The position numbers were made by a program, and so were the translations under genes. The notes under the pieces were generated by a model. That model made no database searches. It was not told the origin of the DNA and was given only the letters and a program-made list of their open reading frames with translations. Positions 11,581 through 21,685 of a stretch of DNA of 64,000 nt are shown here, one piece after another. Every line of letters begins with the position of its first letter. The first letter of the stretch is position 1. The stretch is taken from the NCBI GenBank assembly GCA_051530055.1, contig CM121342.1:9749480-9813479 (forward strand), read 5' to 3'. This DNA is from Neoechinorhynchus agilis. Its lineage: Eukaryota > Animalia > Acanthocephala.

Positions 11581-12665
11581 CTAATCGAGGAAGATAATAT
11601 CTCGTTCGTCCTTTATCTCCACACTCTCGTCGCTATCCACGGATATGACTAATGGTGCTTCCTCACTAATTCCAACGAGCGATTGAGAATTGGGCGTAGG
11701 ACACGAAACGTGAGAAATTCCACAGTTATTAAGTTCATTAAGAATCTCAGAAGCTCTTTGTTCCAATCGATATTCTGCATTCGGGTTCTTCATTAGTTTA
11801 CTAGCAAGAAGTTCATCACTGAGAGCTGGATCGGAGTCCACAAGTTGCTTCCACGTGGACCGAATATTGTTACTATTAATTTCCGGATTTATTGACAAAA
11901 GGCAATGATTCATTAAAAGCTCAAAAAATCATCATTACCTCTGCCGCCTACATGAGAGATCAAAAACTCCATCCTTTCCGTTCGTCTTTGATGAACAATA
12001 TCTTCCAATAGCATAGTAAACAAAACCCTCCTTTCGGCTTCCAATTCAGGACTATCTTCCTGTCCTGTAGCTGCTCGTATAGCCTTTTTAACATCTTCAA
12101 AATCAGGAAGATTTGCGTCCATTCGTCTAATAAGATGAGTAAGTGAAGCGTTTATCATTGGACATTTGGACCGTTTAAAAAAAAATCCATTATTAACATC
12201 GATAGAGCGTTCAGTGCTTCCTAAAGATTCCTCCAAGCTCTTGATATTCTTATCGTATCTTGAAACGCGCTCTCTTAAATCGTCAATCTTCACGAACGCC
12301 GAGTCTTCATTGTCCAAATCAACATCGCCTTCTTCTATTTCCTTCAATCTACAAATCACCTTCTCAAGCTTTCGCCGATAACGGTTTAACTTTCTCTTCT
12401 TTTTCTCGTCTTGTATTGCCTCTTCTGATACTTTTGGCATTTGTTCTAATGACAAAATTAAGTCGAGAATCATTCTATGCTTAGTCTTGTTCCGGTCTTC
12501 CACTAATTCGGTTGATTTCAATTCACGTTGACACTTTCGCACTGCCTGTGCGACCAGCTCTTTGTCACGGTCTTCAACGAAGTGATTAATCAATTTCTGG
12601 TACCTCTCAAACGCGAATCCAGTAAATATACGGCTCATTGTGATGAATAGTGATTGTAACTCCAT
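11581..12665 (-). CDS. DAXX: Death domain-associated protein 6 homolog (H3.3 chaperone, histone-binding domain)
   Basis: DLDNEDSAFVKIDDLRER, FKRSKCPMINASLTHLI, LPDFEDVKKAI and DSDPALSDELLASKLMKN match the DAXX histone-binding domain. A 32-nt GT-AG intron near 11920-11951 would join the two ORFs. Confidence 0.8.
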
Positions 12666-13110
12666 TTTACTTCTAAAAATAACGAGAAAATGATCGAAAC
12701 TAAACAAAACGTGAGCGCAAATGTTTTAATTTAATTGCTCGCGCGTGATACCTACATGTGACGTAATATAAATACAGAAGAATCGATGCAGTCGTACAAC
12801 AAATTCTTAGTAAATAACTAGAATACTAGAATTGAATTATTTTTCTTTACTTCGCCTTGACCAAAAATAATCCATGGAAAACATCTTCACAACTCGGATT
12901 TCGCTGTTGTGCTTCCTTAGAAAACGGTGGTTCCACTTTTTCAAGGCAAGTTTTAAACATTCGCACTTGTGCGGTGTGTAGATTTAACACTTTAACAATG
13001 ATAGAGAAGGCGAGGTTTCCTGGCGAAATATTTCAAAAGAATAAAATGATTTTTAACCGGGAGTATCTTCACCATAAGTCAAAATTTAATATTTATGTTG
13101 TTGAACACAG

Positions 13111-14375
13111 TATTGAACATCCCTCCGGATCCTCAGATATTCTCCGAGGAGGCAGGGCTCACCAGTGAATTTCCTTAATTCAGCAATATTTCGTTTCCTT
13201 TGGTTATGAGTCAACGGCGATAATGGATCTTGAACCTTTTGACTCGGAAACAGAGAACTTCGCCCCAACTACAGAACGTACAAACCCTCCCAGATTTAAA
13301 CCTTGGGTAATTGTTTAAATATTTTTATCTTTAATCTGGCTAGCCGGTTACTTTTTATTCAGTGTTGAAGTGTCCTTCCCTTCCATGGCTAATTATTTTC
13401 CTCTGACACACAATTCACCGATATCTTGGATCAGGGAAGCACATAAAATCACTTAATACCCGTGACCATACGGCCAAGAGTTTGTACGCATCCCTCCGGA
13501 TCCTCAGATATTCTCCGAGAAGGCAGAGCTCATCATCGAATTTCCTTCCCTTCAGCAATATTTCGTTTCCTTTGGTTATGAGTCAACGGCGATAATGAAT
13601 CTTGAAACTTTTGACTGGGAAACAGGGAACCTCGCCAAAACTGCAGAACGTACAAACCCTCCAAGATTTAAACCTTGGGTAATTGTTTAAATATTTTTAT
13701 CTTTAATCTGGCTAGCCGGTTACTTTTTATTCAGTGTTGAAGTGTCCTTCCCTTCCATGGCTAATAATTTTCCTCTGACAAACAACCCACCGATTTCTTG
13801 GATCAGGGAAGCGCATAAAACCAATTAATGCCCGCGACCGTACGGCCAAGAGTTTGTACGCATCCCTCCGGATCCTGAGATATTCTCCGAGGAGACAGAG
13901 CTCACCAGTGAATTTCCTTCCTTCAGCAATATTTCGTTTCATTTGGTTATGAGTCAACGGCGATAAATGATCTTGAACCTTTTCTCGGAAACAGAGAACT
14001 TCGCCACAACTGCAGAACGTACAAACCCTCCCAGATTTAAACCTTAGGTAATTGTTTAAATATTTTTATCTTTAATCTGGCTAGCCGGTTACTTTTTATT
14101 CAGCGTTGAAGTGTCCTTCCCTTCCATGGCTAATTATTTTCCTCTGACACACAATTCACCGATATCTTGGATCAGGGAAGCGCATAAAACCATTTAATAC
14201 CCGCGACCATACGGCCAAGAGTTTGTACGCATCCCTCCGGATCCTCAGATATTCTCCGAGAAGGCATAGCTCACCATCGAATTTCCTTCCTTTAGCAATA
14301 TTTCGTTTCCTTTGGTTATGAGTCAACGGCGATAATGAATCTTGAAACTTTTGACTGGGAAACAGGGAACCTCGC
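13111..14375 (-). mobile_element. Tandem array (about 3.4 units, 369-372 bp period) of the same hammerhead-bearing repeat, with degenerate cores
   Basis: CCCTCCGGATCC at 13121, 13492, 13864 and 14233. The minus strand reads GAAAC-GAAA-TATT..TTCA-CTGGTGA-GCCCT..AATA-TC-TGAGGATCC. The array is cut at 14375 by the LTR insertion. Confidence 0.85.
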
Positions 14376-14494
14376 TGTGATATTGAGCGTCACAATTGAC
14401 CGATCAATAGTGGCGGTTTCAAGTGTGCGCACGTACGTTTTGTTATTTCGTTTGGTTGGCTCAATAAAACCTAGTTCAGGCATATATTATAACA
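14376..14494 (+). repeat. 5' LTR (119 bp, TG...CA) of a Gypsy element
   Basis: TGTGATATTGAG...TATTATAACA, repeated with a few changes at 16609-16738; AATAAA at 14463-14468. Confidence 0.85.
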
Positions 14495-14525
14495 ATTTAT
14501 TGAGCCAACCTCCTATTCGAATTCT

Positions 14526-15437
14526 ATGGAGGACGAAAAATCTCTATTGGACGATTCAACCAGTTCATGTCAAAGAATGAACCCCAACTTTAAAATCGAA
14601 CGGTTCAATACGTTACCGCATGAAAACGGTTCGGCGAAAAGATTCAAATTGTGGAAAAGAAACCTCAAGTACTTCATACAATCGGTCAACAACAAGGATG
14701 ACAAACTCGAGTACCTATTTGCCAATATTGGACCGGATGTATTTGAGCTTGTCGAGGAAGCCCAAAGTTTTGACGATGCGTTCTCCACCTTGGTAAAGCT
14801 CTATGTTAACAAACCAAATGTTGTATTGACTCGACATTTGCTCGCCACTCGCAAACAGCTGGATTCGGAGGACATCGATCAATACGTCTTGAGCTTAAGG
14901 AGCATCGCTCGTGATTGTGGCTTCAAGACATCTAGTGGAGAAGACATCAAAGATGAATCCATCCGAGATGCATTTATTGCTGGGATCAAATCGAGTAACA
15001 TAAGGGGAAGATTGTTGGAAATCGAGGATTTGACCCTATCAAAGGCTATCACGATCTCGAAAAGTATCCAATGTGCGGTAGATGGTTTGGAACAATTCGA
15101 TGACAGTAAAACCAGCCAATGCTTACGCAGTTTAACCGTCGCTGATTCTACCTTTGCTGATTCGATAACTGAAAATCTGAATTGCAACGCTGCCATGGCT
15201 AGCGGTAAGAACGAGGGATTTTCCGGTGGATCAATATGCTTTTTCTGTGGGAATAAGCGACATCCCAGAAACCTATGTCCTGCTAACGAAGCCAGGTGTT
15301 ATAACTGCCAAAATAGTGGGCATTTCGCTAAGATGTGCAGATCCAAAAACCCAATAAGGCCGAACTATCGTCCGTTTTTCTTGCTTGAACTACGTATGAT
15401 GGCCCTTCGAAACCGACCTAGCTGGAAATCCCAGTAA
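14526..15437 (+). CDS. Gag-like protein of the Gypsy element
   Basis: 303-aa ORF with RKQLDSEDIDQYVLSLRSIARDC, IRDAFIAGI, CFFCGNKRHPRNLC and CYNCQNSGHFAKMC. Confidence 0.85.
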   Translation: MEDEKSLLDDSTSSCQRMNPNFKIERFNTLPHENGSAKRFKLWKRNLKYFIQSVNNKDDKLEYLFANIGPDVFELVEEAQSFDDAFSTLVKLYVNKPNVVLTRHLLATRKQLDSEDIDQYVLSLRSIARDCGFKTSSGEDIKDESIRDAFIAGIKSSNIRGRLLEIEDLTLSKAITISKSIQCAVDGLEQFDDSKTSQCLRSLTVADSTFADSITENLNCNAAMASGKNEGFSGGSICFFCGNKRHPRNLCPANEARCYNCQNSGHFAKMCRSKNPIRPNYRPFFLLELRMMALRNRPSWKSQ

Positions 15438-15942
15438 CGATTCAAAACAAGACGTTTCAAGCCTTACTCGATACCGGTAGCTCTCTCAATTTCATCGACA
15501 ACATCACCTCAAAGAAACTTAATCTTGTTTCAGAGCCTGCATGTATGAATGTTTCTATGGCATCCGGACGTGCAACAAAGCGGGCGCTAGGAAAGACCTA
15601 TACCAAAGTACAGTATAAGGAGGAGAATACTGAAAACTTAGAATTCTATATATTGCCTGACTTATGCTGTGACATTATCTTGGGCTTGCCCTTTATCAAA
15701 CTACACAAGGAATTACGAGTAAAACTGAATGGAGGGGGAAACATTCTCGAATTGACAGCCGCCGTTACCGATCATACATCAAGCGAGACCATATTCAGTC
15801 CGACCCTTTTCGAAAATTTGAGCGCCGATTGCCATCGCCACGAAATCTAGATCGTATTTTGGAACGGATTTTCAATTTATCAAATCGGAGATAGGACGTG
15901 TGCTTAAAGATGATATTATAGAAACTTCAAACTCGCCGTGCC

Positions 15943-16518
15943 GTGCTCAAGTTGTCCTTGGTAAAAAAGAAAACGACAAAAAACGTCGACTTTTCTCAAA
16001 CGATAAATAGGTTTACATACTTGGATGCCTACGCGTTACCGAAAATTGAAACCATAGTTAATGATATCGCAAAGAATACAGTGTTTAGTCAAATTGACTT
16101 GAAGGATGCATACTATCAAGTTCCGATAGACGCCAAAGAGAGAAATTATACGTCCTTCGAAGCTTGCGGAAGATTATACCGATTCAAGAAAATTCCCATG
16201 GGAGTCACGAATGTCGTGGCCGTGTTCCAACGCTTTATGAATCACATCATCGAAGAAAATAAACTCGCAAATACTTATTCGTATTTGGATGATGTAGTCA
16301 TACGTGGGAAGATCCAACAAGAACACGATCAAAATCTTGAACGTTTCAAGGAAGCGGTGACCAAGAGAGGGCTGAAACTAAACGGCTCGAAAAGCCGATA
16401 TGGACTCAAAAGAGCTTTTGTGCTAGGATACGAAATCGGGGATGGACAATTAAGCCCTGACCCTAACAGACTTAAGCCTCTCAACGACATAAAATATACA
16501 TTAATACTGGGGATCTAA
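15943..16518 (+). pseudogene. Gypsy reverse transcriptase fragment
   Basis: LPKIETI, FSQIDLKDAYYQV, PMGVTN, YLDD. Separated from gag/protease by frameshifts and ends prematurely. Confidence 0.85.
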
Positions 16519-16608
16519 AAATAAAACGTCTTCAAACAACGCATCTGCTCCTTTTAAAGCTACTAATGTGTTATCCATTGAGAATATCGAGTTCATAGCC
16601 AAGGCTAT

Positions 16609-16982
16609 TGTGATATTGAGCTCCACAATTGACCGATCAATAGTGGCGGTTTCAAGTGTGCGCACGTTTGTTTTGTTATTTCGTTTCGTTGGCGCAATAA
16701 AACCTAGTTCAGGTCTAGTTCAGGCATATATTATAACAATTTATTGAGCCAACCTCCTATTCGAATTCTATGGAGAACGAAAAATCTCTATTGGACGATT
16801 CAACCAGTTCATGCCAAAGAATGAACCCCAACTTTAAAATCGAACGGTTCAATACGTTACCGCATGAAAACGGTTCGGCGAAAAGATTCAAATTGTGGAA
16901 AAGAAACCTCAAGTACTTCATACAATCGGTCAACAACAAGGATGACAAACTCGAGTACCTATTTGCCAATATTGGACCGGAC
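16609..16982 (+). mobile_element. Second copy of the same Gypsy 5' end (130-bp LTR, PBS region, gag start), truncated
   Basis: LTR at 16609-16738 with an 11-bp internal duplication, followed by TTTATTGAGCCAACC and gag to IGPD. No polypurine tract precedes it, so it is a second 5' LTR and not the 3' LTR of the first copy. Confidence 0.85.
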
Positions 16983-16989
16983 GCTCCCC

Positions 16990-17600
16990 CACAACAATGG
17001 GCCACCATCGATACGGCTAAGCGATTTTTTGAGTTAAAAATAAACGACGGAAAATAACATCTGCCAAAGATGTTAGATCCATTGCAATACAAAATTCCCG
17101 CGTTTCCATTTATGAACGAGCATTAGCTCGTTTTGTGTTGGAATTCGCTCCGGAACACCGTTGTATCGATCCACGTTGTCATGGATTTTTGCCCAATAAA
17201 TCAGTACATTCCGCCATTAAGGAAATATCTTAGAATTTCTATAATAATCTCTGCTCAACTAATATTTTAATTTCGTTTGATATTTCAAAAGCCTTCGACA
17301 ATTTAAATATCGAATTCATCATTGAAATTCATAAATATTTTAATTTCCCCTTTAACATCATCTCCAGGATTCATAACATCCTTGTTTCAAAGTCCTTTTT
17401 TCTTTCAAGATGATCACCTTCATCGTACATAATTTCTGCACAAAGGTGTACCGCAAGGGTCACCTTTATCCCCTATTCTCTTTTGTCTCGCTACACAATA
17501 CATTGTCCAGAATTGTAAGGTCTGCAATTCTATTTCTCTCTATGCTGACGATCTGACTGCAGTAATCAAGGAAGGCAATTATTTAAGGGCGAGGAAAAGA
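16990..17600 (+). pseudogene. Non-LTR (LINE) reverse transcriptase remnant
   Basis: Manual translation gives DVRSIAIQN, HGFLPNKSV, SFDISKAFD (about 17273), KGVPQGSPLSPILF (about 17445) and YADDLT (about 17541), with stops and frameshifts. Confidence 0.85.
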
Positions 17601-17619
17601 CTTCTTAGTTTTGGAATAA

Positions 17620-19404
17620 AGAGGGTGTTCTTGATCAGGAACAGAGCCTCGTGTAAAGAGAATTCATCAACTCGTTTGCACAGCACCGAGAGTTACGGTG
17701 AAAGATTGGCAATCTCTGCTTCATCATTAGAACCAAAAATACAGTTTCCTAGAAGACCCAACCGGTCCAGAATGATCAATTCTATCCCGGGGAGCCAGGT
17801 TCTGAAAATCTTTTACGATAGTTTGCCTGGACGCCTCATCTTCCACGTTCATCACTAATATCTCGCAATTCGCGGCATTCAATGCCAATTTTCGCCGTCT
17901 CCTTCACGAGTGTCTCCAAATCGCGCAGTACTACAGAGGGGTAGCCGTTAAGGCTGGACTGGAGATAGTGCACGACGGGATTGATTGCGAATGAGAACGC
18001 TATTGGTCCCAAAGGATCCCTTTGTTGATCTCCTCATTCTGATCACAAAACGTTGTCATTGAACAACAAGGGAGCTGAAGTCTCATAGGCATTAACGAAT
18101 TAACGAAATGCTTCTGGTGCGTGATATCTTACTACTTCGAGCAAATCTGTTCGGTGAACTGTGTAGAATGCATTTTTGAAATCACATTTCCGGTGATGAA
18201 CGTGCGGAGTGAATGAACAATCGCCTCTGCGCCACAAAGTGAACAGCAGCCTAGCTGAGTAGGGCGAAGCAGCATCCCTACTTTTCCGCAATCTTAAAAT
18301 TAAAAATTTGGCTGTTACGCGGCACAGAGTTGTTCCAATTGCAATGGGACGAATCCCGCCGAAAAATAGCTCAATTGCTTTCGAAATCAACTCTCCCCCT
18401 GCAAATCGGTCTACTAGGGGTGCCAATGCATTTTCAAGGGACTGAGCAGCGTCACCTACTGAAAAGGAAGTCACATCCTTTGGGTGTTGGGGCCGGAACC
18501 AGTAAAGCCCGTGAGCTGATCCGTTAGCAATAGATGAGATTGCCATCTTCAATTATGATTTCGATGATAAAATGTAAGGGATCGTATCGAAGGAGGAGAA
18601 TTTCACGAAATACTGCTGACCGCCGTCACTGGGATGTTTGGAACGAAGAGTTCGTAAAGTTTCTTCGTTATTTTTGGCGAGACTATCCATTGATGATAAA
18701 AAACGAACTGCTCCTCTGACATCTCGGTGTGCGAGCTTCGAAGAAACGCGCCTGGCAATCGACCGATTTGAGTTTCGGTGGTGGTCAGGCTCCAGGACAC
18801 ACTATTTACGTAGCTCGCATGCTGTCGAAAGGCATTGGGTAAAATTTTCGTCAAATTAACTTATTCGCCTTTTTATTTTTGTGGCCAGAGATCTTTCAGA
18901 AGCATCACCAGGGGAGAACACTAGTCTAAGAAACACAAAGAGACGCATCCGCGACAACTCTGAATTAGTCTCGATGAAGTCTGTCAATAAAGAGATGGAT
19001 CTCTTTGCGACCTGATATTGTGCGCCCCTTGGGATTCTTTTCAGAACGTTCCTCCTACAAATGGAATGTCATTTTGTATTGGTGATGTGTTAATAAGATT
19101 TCGGCGCACACCATCAATAGACTTTGGGGGTGAATTGGAACCGCCGCAGCGTGAATTGCGGGGTCCATGGACCCTAATAGCTCCTGTTTTCGTCAGGGAG
19201 AAAATCCCATCACAAACCTCAAAGAATACTGTTGGGAAGCTCGGTCGTGTGGTACTCTTGGCTGATGTTGTTCTCTTTACTTGGCTCATGTTGGATGGGC
19301 AAGTTTCCGTCTTCATATTGTGATGTAGCATCCAGGTTGCGAGCGAAGCGAGGAACGTGTCGTCCTCGAGCGAAGCGAGGGTCTGTGGCATCGATGTCGT
19401 CGAT
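17620..19404 (-). mobile_element. CRE-clade non-LTR retrotransposon, 5' half (zinc-finger-like N-terminus and RT), decayed
   Basis: CDGIFSLTKTGAIRVHGPRNSRCGGS, LKRIPRGA, GGIRPIAIGTTLCR, DFKNAF, QRDPLGPIAFSFAI, HEALFLIKN. Confidence 0.8.
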
Positions 19405-19407
19405 GGT

Positions 19408-19570
19408 GATCCGGAGGGATTCGTACAACCTCATATCCTCATAGTTCAGTATATTAAGCGATTTTATGCGCTTCCCTGAACCATATCGGTGGGCTGTGTG
19501 TCCAAGGAAAAATTATCAGCCGTGAAAAAGGCCACACATAGCTACTGAATAAAAGTTACCAGCTGGTAAG
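19408..19570 (+). mobile_element. 3' body of the hammerhead-bearing repeat, starting at or next to the predicted cleavage site
   Basis: GATCCGGAGGG..GTACAACCTC..ATCGGTGGGCTGTGTGTCCAAGGAAAAATTATCAGCCGTGAAAAAGGCCACAC is homologous to 435-590. Confidence 0.85.
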
Positions 19571-19649
19571 ACTTCGAAAATACAAAATGTTAATGTTTGA
19601 AGATAAAACTATTATGCTTGTTTATGGTGCAAAAATTAAAAGAATTTAT

Positions 19650-20443
19650 TTTTTTTAATCATAACATAATAAAGTACAAAACGTGCAATCACCAACGTCC
19701 GAAAAATTGGAGCTTCTCTCCTTCCTCGGCTGTCGCTATCACGCTAGCAATATTGCCTCGTTGTACTGCCAGCGAGATATTTTGTCGAAGGAATACACCT
19801 GCTCGTGCGTCGCCGGTCGTTTCTCTCAATTTCGTCGAGAGATCCTGGAGCAGAGTGAGTGCCGAGCTGCCGAGCGCTCCATAAGTCTCTACTCCGAAGG
19901 GGACAAAATAGTGCGCCCTTGCTAAATCCCTATATTTTCGTACCTTCGTTCATTCCGCTGCACTGGCGGCACCACCGGCGATTTCGAGGGAGTAGGGGAT
20001 GTTGCTGGCTGCAAGGGTATCCACAAACGTGGCGTCCCAGAGAAGGCATTTGCCCTCCCGCCACGGAAAGACCGAAATTCCGTTGGGTAGACGACCGTCT
20101 AGTCGACAAAGATGGATGGGTTCCAAGATGTTGGGGAAGTTCGCCGTTCTCAACGCTCGAGAAATTACGCTATTGATCACAGAATGGCATTTTAAACTTT
20201 CTCCTGACTTTCGACAAACGGGACCGTGTCGCCCGAAAGCACCAACCAAAGACCCACATCGACAGCGATGGGGCGTGCATATCAGGAGACCAAGTCTTAA
20301 GGACACTGCTATAGTCGTTGCCTCATCAGTGAGAAGAGTTCCCACTGATGCCAGAGGAACAGCCTCCAACCACGCCCCCGATTCTCGTGTCGAAACTGCC
20401 AACAATCTAGCTCGGACGACCCCATCGCGAGAACCTGAAACCG
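19650..20443 (-). mobile_element. 5'-truncated CRE-clade element (CCHC knuckle, restriction-like endonuclease, A-rich tail) inserted in a foldback element
   Basis: GAWLEAVP, HRCRCG..HGPVC, EP..RLPNG..PWREGKCLLWDATFVDTLA, ISLAVQRGNIAS. The interrupted MITE arm lies at 19630-19650 and resumes at about 20444. Confidence 0.85.
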
Positions 20444-21685
20444 ATATTTCAACGGCACAATCTTGTGCCTTTATCGCGAATAAAAAACTTTAACGACCTT
20501 GATCAAAAGGCGTACAAGATTGTGCCGGTGAAATGTCGCAATCAATAAATTCTTTTAATTTTTTTACGTGATAAACATGTTTCTGTCTAAATATTTGGAT
20601 AAACGCATTATCGCTTTTATAGAACAAGGAACGTTTCCGCCCTTAATGCCAACCCCCTTGTTTCTAATAACGTTTCCGAAGATTTACCGTCAATGCTCAC
20701 CTCCACTTAGTAATACTGCTTACTTTTTTTATCTTGGAAAACACGAAAATGTGTGCCGTTCGTTATTCGGAATCTGAGCGACGTCCCTGTTTTCGTTCGT
20801 TCGCCATGAAAGGCTGCATTATGATTTAGGTAAGCAGCATTGTTGCCCAAATTGTTCATCAACCTCAAAGAGTTTGGCATTTTACGTTTTCTTCTATTGT
20901 TGAAAAATGCGGTTTTATAGCAGAACACGACGATGCCAGTCCTTTAAAAAGTGACGTCTTCCCAATTTTTTACGATTTGTCAACACTGAATTATTTTATT
21001 GATTGTTCCTTGATAAATATTTTCACCAACTCATCGCTGCCTGAAAGGGCCACATTCGACAATCTTCATTTTCAATCTCGTTCAACTCTAAAATGAGGAT
21101 CTTGCTTAATTAAAAGTGGGAAATAATAGCCTTGTAATTGTCTGATTCAAATCGCTCTTTTATTGAAAAACCGATAAATACGAGCGTAGGACTTAAAATA
21201 CAAGGCAATCGTAATTTGCTGAGATATTCACTGGGAAAAATGTTGACGAGATCATTTGGTCTAAATAGAAGGTTAATTATTCGCCTTTTTCGCGATTCGT
21301 TTCGTCTTCTTGTTCGATTCACTACTACGCTCAACAATTACAGCCCTTTGGTTTTAAAAAGGGAATCCCCGAGAACGTGTGCCTCAATTTAGGATAAATG
21401 TACAGAACTTAAGTTGATTTTTATTAGTAATACTAAGAGGATCATAATTATTATAAAAATTCCAAATTAACAGTTCGATTGGTTCAGCAAAATGAGACAA
21501 ACCTATTTCGTGTTTTTCACAAATTGTCTCAATTAAAGACATTTATATAAACCCAACGACGTTAACGACTTAGGCGGAGAAAAAAGCAACTCAAGTTAAA
21601 AAAAAATCTACGACATATAGTTGATTTTTTTAAAGTTGAATATGATCGAATAAACAACCGGTTAATGGTGGTGGTATTGGTGGTG

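Larger units (their letters stand above)
14376..16518 (+). mobile_element. Ty3/Gypsy LTR retrotransposon, Mag-like, 3'-truncated and frameshifted
   Basis: Gag with two CCHC knuckles, protease ALLDTGSSLNFID near 15465, RT IDLKDAYYQVPI...YLDDVVI. No RNase H or integrase seen. Confidence 0.85.

Noticed and set aside
16609-16738. 3' LTR closing a complete element
   Set aside because: It is followed by PBS and gag, has no polypurine tract before it, and no matching target-site duplication.
19450-19545. Second ribozyme (twister-like) in the repeat's 3' body
   Set aside because: CCAAG and GAGG-like words are not consistently placed among copies. Only a simple stem (GTGTGTCC/GGCCACAC) is supported.
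20570-21100. Possible transposase remnant on the minus strand
   Set aside because: Only a vague DNAxxH-like similarity; no convincing catalytic motif or terminal repeats.
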